This document shows positions 42,864-46,636 of a DNA stretch of 46,636 bases, in pieces. How positions within the stretch are numbered: position 1 is the first letter of the stretch; each line of letters begins with the position of its first letter. The DNA lies in assembly GCA_035455565.1 (NCBI GenBank), contig DATIEU010000251.1:1-46636 (forward strand). Reading direction: 5' to 3'. The position numbers and the translations under genes are program-made. The notes under the pieces were generated by a model. That model saw nothing but the letters and a program-made list of their open reading frames with translations, ran no database searches and was not told the DNA's origin. Source of the stretch: Steroidobacteraceae bacterium. Its GTDB lineage: Bacteria; Pseudomonadota; Gammaproteobacteria; Steroidobacterales; Steroidobacteraceae.

Positions 42864-43391
42864 TCAACGCGCGTGCTCGACCATGTAGTCGACGCCCTTC
42901 ATGACCAGGTCGTCCGGCAGATCGACGCGGCCACCCTTGGGGGGCATGAGGCCGGTCTGCCCCTGGAACCCCTCGAGCGCGTGCTTGTGCAACGTATCCA
43001 TGCCTTTGGCGATGCGCGGTGCCCAGGCTGCCTTATCACCGAAGCGTGGTGCACCACCGATGCCCTGTCCGTGGCACGCCGAGCACGCGCTGTTGTAGAG
43101 GTCTTCGGCGCTTTGCGGGATTGGCAAACCCGGCGCCGCCTCCGTGGTCGTTGCCGAGGCCTTTTCCACGATCGCGAGCGCCGCATTGTCCTCGCCGGCG
43201 ATTGCCACGCGCGCGAAGGGCTTGGTGCGGTCATGGACGCTCGCCAGTTGCAGCGCCTCGGCCTTGACCTGCGCGCCCTGCGTGCTGCTGCCGACGACGC
43301 GGGCGAACGCGAACAGCACGATTGCTATGGCGATCAGGAGTCCGAGGACGAGGCTGAAGTAATTGGCGAAATGGCTGTCGTGCTTGCTCAC
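42864..43391 (-). CDS. Membrane-anchored cytochrome c5 family protein
   Basis: ORF 42864..43505 trimmed to GTG 43391 (VSKHDSHFANYFSLVLGLLIAIAIVLFAF, a TM anchor). Heme motif CSACHG. Distal ligand region GLMPPKGG. The start codon is uncertain. Confidence 0.78.
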   Translation of the reverse strand: MSKHDSHFANYFSLVLGLLIAIAIVLFAFARVVGSSTQGAQVKAEALQLASVHDRTKPFARVAIAGEDNAALAIVEKASATTTEAAPGLPIPQSAEDLYNSACSACHGQGIGGAPRFGDKAAWAPRIAKGMDTLHKHALEGFQGQTGLMPPKGGRVDLPDDLVMKGVDYMVEHAR

Positions 43392-43518
43392 GTCTGCACC
43401 CCCGGCGAAGGCGCGCAGTATAGCCAATCTCCCAAGAGGGGAGTGGTTGGACGCTGCCGGGCGGCGGCGGTTATGATGCGCGCCCGCCGATTTCCCGGCG
43501 CCCACAGCTACATCACGC

Positions 43519-43595
43519 GCGCTCGTAGCTCAGCTGGATAGAGTACTGCCCTCCGAAGGCAGGGGTCGTGGGTTCGAATCCCGCCGAGCGCGCCA
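43519..43595 (+). tRNA. tRNA-Arg (anticodon CCG)
   Basis: Folded by hand into a cloverleaf: acceptor GCGCUCG/CGAGCGC, D-arm GCUC-AGCUGGAUA-GAGU, anticodon stem CUGCC/GGCAG with loop CU-CCG-AA, variable GGGUC, T-arm GUGGG-UUCGAAU-CCCGC, discriminator G and an encoded CCA. 77 nt. Confidence 0.92.
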
Positions 43596-43737
43596 TCCAC
43601 AGGCGGTCGCGACCCTCTGAATCTCTTTTTCTCGATCCTCGTTGCACAACGAACACGTGGTTTCCTACAGGGACTCCAGTCCACACCGAACAGTTGAGCG
43701 TGTAATCTGTGCGGTCGAGGGCCCGAAGAGGACAGCG

Positions 43738-45831
43738 ATGACTCTGTATGAAGAACTGAAGCGCCGTCAGGTCTTTCGCGTGGCCGCCCTTTACGCGGGC
43801 ATCGCGTGGATCGTGCTGCAGGCGGCGAGCATGGCTTTGCCCGCATTCCATGCGCCGGACTGGGTCTTCCGGACGCTCATCATCATCGGGCTGATTGGCT
43901 TCGTCGTCGTGAGCGTACTGGCCTGGGTGTATGAGCTGACCTCACACGGCTTGAAGCGCGACGCTGAGGTCGTCGCCGACAAGAAGCTGCGGCCCTTGTT
44001 TGGCGGGCGCAAGATGAATGCGTTGCTGATCAGCGTCCTGGCGATCGCGCTTGGCATATCGCTATATGGCAATTACCGCGCGGAACGTTCCCCTGCGCCG
44101 GCGATGCAGGCAATCTCGGTGCTGATTGCTGACCTTTCAAACCGCACGGGCGATCCAGTGTTTGACGGCACGCTCGAGGAAGCACTCGGGGTCGGGCTGG
44201 AAGGCGCGCCATTCATCACGAACTACCAGCGCGAGCAGGCCCGCCAGCTGGTCGAGCAGATCCGGCCGGGTAGTCAACTCAACGAAGAGAGTGCCCGACT
44301 GTTGGCGGTACGGGAGAGCATCAATATCGTGCTCTCGGGCACGATCGAACCCTCCGGCGACGGCTATTCCTTGTCAGTGCGCGCGATCAATCCTGCGGAT
44401 GGCAGCATCGTCAGGGAAGCGAGGGCAAACGCTTTGTCACGGGACGCCGTGCTGACAGCGGTCGGAACGATTGCTGCCCAGGTTCGTCTAGCCCTTGGCG
44501 ACACGTCGCTGAAGGGCGGCACGCTGTCCGACGAGGAAACTTTCACGGCCGCCTCCCTCGAGGCTGCAAGCTATTACACCCACGCGCAGACACTGGCGGC
44601 CCGTAACAAGGACGCGGAGGCACTACCGGTGTACGAAAAGGCTGTCGAAGCCGACCCGCAATTCGCTCGAGCGTATTCCGGCTGGGGGCTCTCGGCATTC
44701 AAGCTCGGGCGACGGACCGAGGCCACCGAGAAATGGAACAGCGCGCTGAAGCTTCTCGACCGCATGACAGAACGCGAGCGCTATCGCACGCTCGGCCTCT
44801 ACTACTCCGTCGTGTCCCTCAACTATGAAAAGGCGATCGACAACTACAGCCAGCTCGTCAAGCTTTACCCCGCAGACGGCGCCGCGCACAACAATCTCGC
44901 GATTTCCTACTTCATGACGCTGAACTTCCCGGCTGCGCTCGCGGAAGGCAAGCGCCTGCTCGAGATGTATCCGGAGGACATCCAGTTCCGCGCGAACTAC
45001 GCGCTCTACGCGATGTACGCCAGCGACCTCAAAGCCGCAGTCGAGGAAAGCGGCAAGGTGCTCAAGGCGGATCCCACCTACTATCTTGCGTACCTGCCAG
45101 TTGCGATGCAGGCGATGACCATCCCGGACTCGATCGCGGCACGGCGGGTGTATGAGCGCGCTGCCACCCAGGGGGACTCGGGTGCGTCGCTCGCCGCCAT
45201 CGGACTCGCCGATGTCGCCCTGTATGAGGGCAAGGCGGCTGATGCGGAAGACATTCTGCCGAGCGCTATCGCCAAGGACCAGGCCGACAGCAATGAGCAG
45301 GGTGTCGCGTCGAAGCGCGCCGCACTCGCCAAGGCCTATCTCCTGCAGGGAAAGCGCCAGCAGGCATTGGACGTGTTGCGGGAACTGACTGCGAAGGCGG
45401 CGACCAACGCAGAATGGGTGCCCGCGGCGCTGTTATACGAAGAGCTCGGCGAGGTCGCCGAGACGAAGAGGATCGCGGACCGGTTGCGAGGTGACCTGCA
45501 GCCACAGAGCCGAGCCTACGCGAAAGTGCTCGATGGTCTGCTGGCGCTGCGGGCAAAGCGAGCGGTAGAGGCAGTCGATGCGCTGAAGACCGCGCTGGGC
45601 TTCGCCGACTTGTGGCTCGTTCGATACATGCTTGGCGAGGCGTATCTCGCCGCCGGTTACCCGGCCGAGGCGAAGTCCGAGTTCGAGGCGTGCGTGAAGC
45701 GCCGCGGCGAAGTGATGGCGCTGTTCCTCGACGATACACCGACCTATCGCTACTACGCGCCCCTTCCGCAGCGACTTGCTGCGACCAACGCAGACCTCGT
45801 TCGCAGACTCTCGGCCACGGCCGAAGAGTAA
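43738..45831 (+). CDS. Membrane-anchored tetratricopeptide-repeat (TPR) protein
   Basis: ORF 43642..45831 trimmed to ATG 43738 (MTLYEELKRRQVFRVAALYAGIAWIVLQAAS..., a conserved N-terminal motif plus TM segments). Next comes a periplasmic-looking alpha/beta region, and the C-terminal half has multiple TPR-like repeats (YSGWGLSAFKLGR, NNLAISYF, and others). Confidence 0.8.
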   Translation: MTLYEELKRRQVFRVAALYAGIAWIVLQAASMALPAFHAPDWVFRTLIIIGLIGFVVVSVLAWVYELTSHGLKRDAEVVADKKLRPLFGGRKMNALLISVLAIALGISLYGNYRAERSPAPAMQAISVLIADLSNRTGDPVFDGTLEEALGVGLEGAPFITNYQREQARQLVEQIRPGSQLNEESARLLAVRESINIVLSGTIEPSGDGYSLSVRAINPADGSIVREARANALSRDAVLTAVGTIAAQVRLALGDTSLKGGTLSDEETFTAASLEAASYYTHAQTLAARNKDAEALPVYEKAVEADPQFARAYSGWGLSAFKLGRRTEATEKWNSALKLLDRMTERERYRTLGLYYSVVSLNYEKAIDNYSQLVKLYPADGAAHNNLAISYFMTLNFPAALAEGKRLLEMYPEDIQFRANYALYAMYASDLKAAVEESGKVLKADPTYYLAYLPVAMQAMTIPDSIAARRVYERAATQGDSGASLAAIGLADVALYEGKAADAEDILPSAIAKDQADSNEQGVASKRAALAKAYLLQGKRQQALDVLRELTAKAATNAEWVPAALLYEELGEVAETKRIADRLRGDLQPQSRAYAKVLDGLLALRAKRAVEAVDALKTALGFADLWLVRYMLGEAYLAAGYPAEAKSEFEACVKRRGEVMALFLDDTPTYRYYAPLPQRLAATNADLVRRLSATAEE

Positions 45832-45838
45832 GGAATAA

Positions 45839-45864
45839 GCCCCGCGTTCGATTGAACGCGGGGC
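45839..45864. terminator. Perfect 11-bp stem / 4-nt loop hairpin between convergent genes
   Basis: GCCCCGCGTTC-GATT-GAACGCGGGGC. On the minus-strand transcript it is followed by UUAUU, so it probably terminates the HYR gene and perhaps the TPR gene. Confidence 0.65.
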
Positions 45865-45902
45865 CGCAGTCAGAAACGCCTTCCTTGCAGTCGGCCGTCG
45901 CG

Positions 45903-46636
45903 CTATTTCGTCAGCGTGACGCTGTTCCTGCTCACGAAGGTCTGGCCGGTCTGGACACTGGTGACAGTGATGTTGTAGCAGCCTGTAGTCAGCCCCGTGG
46001 TCTTCCAGTTGAATTGCCAGTTGAGAGACGAAGCCGAGTAGCGGTAATCGCTGCTGCCCGGGAAACTGGCAATCAGCGCCCCCAACGTGCCCGCCACGCA
46101 GGTCTTGCCTGAGGAGTAGACCTTCACGAGTGGTTGCGCGAGTGAGCTATCCACCCGGCCGCCGTTGCTGCCCGTGAAGCCGAAGTCGAGCGGCACCGAA
46201 CTGTTGATGCTCTTGCTGCCGCTTGCGTAAACGCCGTCGAGCCCGCCATAGGGTGCGGTGTTGACGGTGACCGTAAATGACTTGGCCGCGACATTGCCAG
46301 CTGCGTCGGTCGCTGTGCAGGCTACTGTCGAGGTGCCCTTCGGAAAGCTGCCGCCCTTCGTCAAGTCACCGCTGGTCACACCTGGCGCAGTAGAGGTGCA
46401 GGCCAGCGCCGTCACACCGACGTTGTCCGTGGCGGTGACCTGGTAAGTGACCGTCGCGGTCGTACCGCTGGTTGACGCAACGATGTTTGCCGGGACCGAC
46501 AGCGCCGGCGGCGTCGTGTCGCGCACGGTCACGGTGAACGTCTTGCTCGCGCTGTTGCCGCCGCCGTCGGTGGCGCTGCAGTTGACTGTGGTCGTGCCCA
46601 GCGCGAACGTGCTGCCCGAAGCCGGAGCGCAGCTCG
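45903..46636 (-). CDS. HYR (hyalin-repeat) / Ig-like repeat surface protein, C-terminal part (the gene continues past the window end)
   Basis: ORF 45903..46532 reads DTTPPALSVPANIVASTSGTTATVTYQVTATDNVGVTALACT...GTSTVACTATDAAGNVAAKSFTVTV, an HYR pattern. The same frame stays open upstream of 46532 to the window edge (SCAPASGSTFALGTTTVNCSATDGGGNSASKTFTVTV, i.e. a preceding HYR unit). The C-terminal ~120 aa domain is unrecognised. Confidence 0.8.
   Translation of the reverse strand, partial: SCAPASGSTFALGTTTVNCSATDGGGNSASKTFTVTVRDTTPPALSVPANIVASTSGTTATVTYQVTATDNVGVTALACTSTAPGVTSGDLTKGGSFPKGTSTVACTATDAAGNVAAKSFTVTVNTAPYGGLDGVYASGSKSINSSVPLDFGFTGSNGGRVDSSLAQPLVKVYSSGKTCVAGTLGALIASFPGSSDYRYSASSLNWQFNWKTTGLTTGCYNITVTSVQTGQTFVSRNSVTLTK

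Noticed and set aside
43392-43737. Looked for an integrase, att repeat or mobile element flanking the tRNA-Arg
   Set aside because: No recombinase ORF or repeat of the tRNA 3' end is visible within the window. Only a low-interest flag is retained in the findings.

Overview
High-GC proteobacterial chromosomal segment. The synteny (dapF-DUF484-xerC, hslVU, algZ/algR-hemXY, PII-amtB-glnK, ubiK-comM) suggests a Gammaproteobacterium of Xanthomonadales/Nevskiales type; this is inference only. I support about 40 CDS and one tRNA-Arg(CCG). I saw no rRNA, CRISPR array, transposase or integrase. Gene order from left to right: a partial TonB-dependent receptor diverging from eda/kdgK-like sugar-acid genes; a paraoxonase/SMP-30-like propeller protein; a DUF1800/DUF1501 pair; pirin; a 1892-codon tandem-fused UvrA paralogue; a tightly packed nine-gene plus-strand array (small secreted protein, MBL hydrolase, DenV-type pyrimidine-dimer glycosylase, MAPEG, GFA, phospholipase D, gamma-glutamylcyclotransferase-like, hybrid PAS histidine kinase, small unknown); hslVU; a secreted S8 protease with four tandem C-terminal repeat modules; xerC-DUF484-dapF; DUF2167; a ferredoxin-FNR reductase; hemY-hemX-algR-algZ-HIBADH; DUF4124; glnK-amtB-variant PII behind a sigma54 promoter; ubiK, comM, cytochrome c5; tRNA-Arg; a TPR protein; and a partial HYR-repeat protein. 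The observations most worth follow-up are the single-chain, asymmetric double UvrA next to a DenV homologue, the amtB gene flanked by a canonical and a T-loop-variant PII, the near-identical repeat array in the S8 protease, and the glutathione-themed multi-gene array. Many long ORFs in the track are antisense or out-of-frame shadows typical of high-GC DNA and were rejected. All homology calls come from motif recognition by eye, not database searches.
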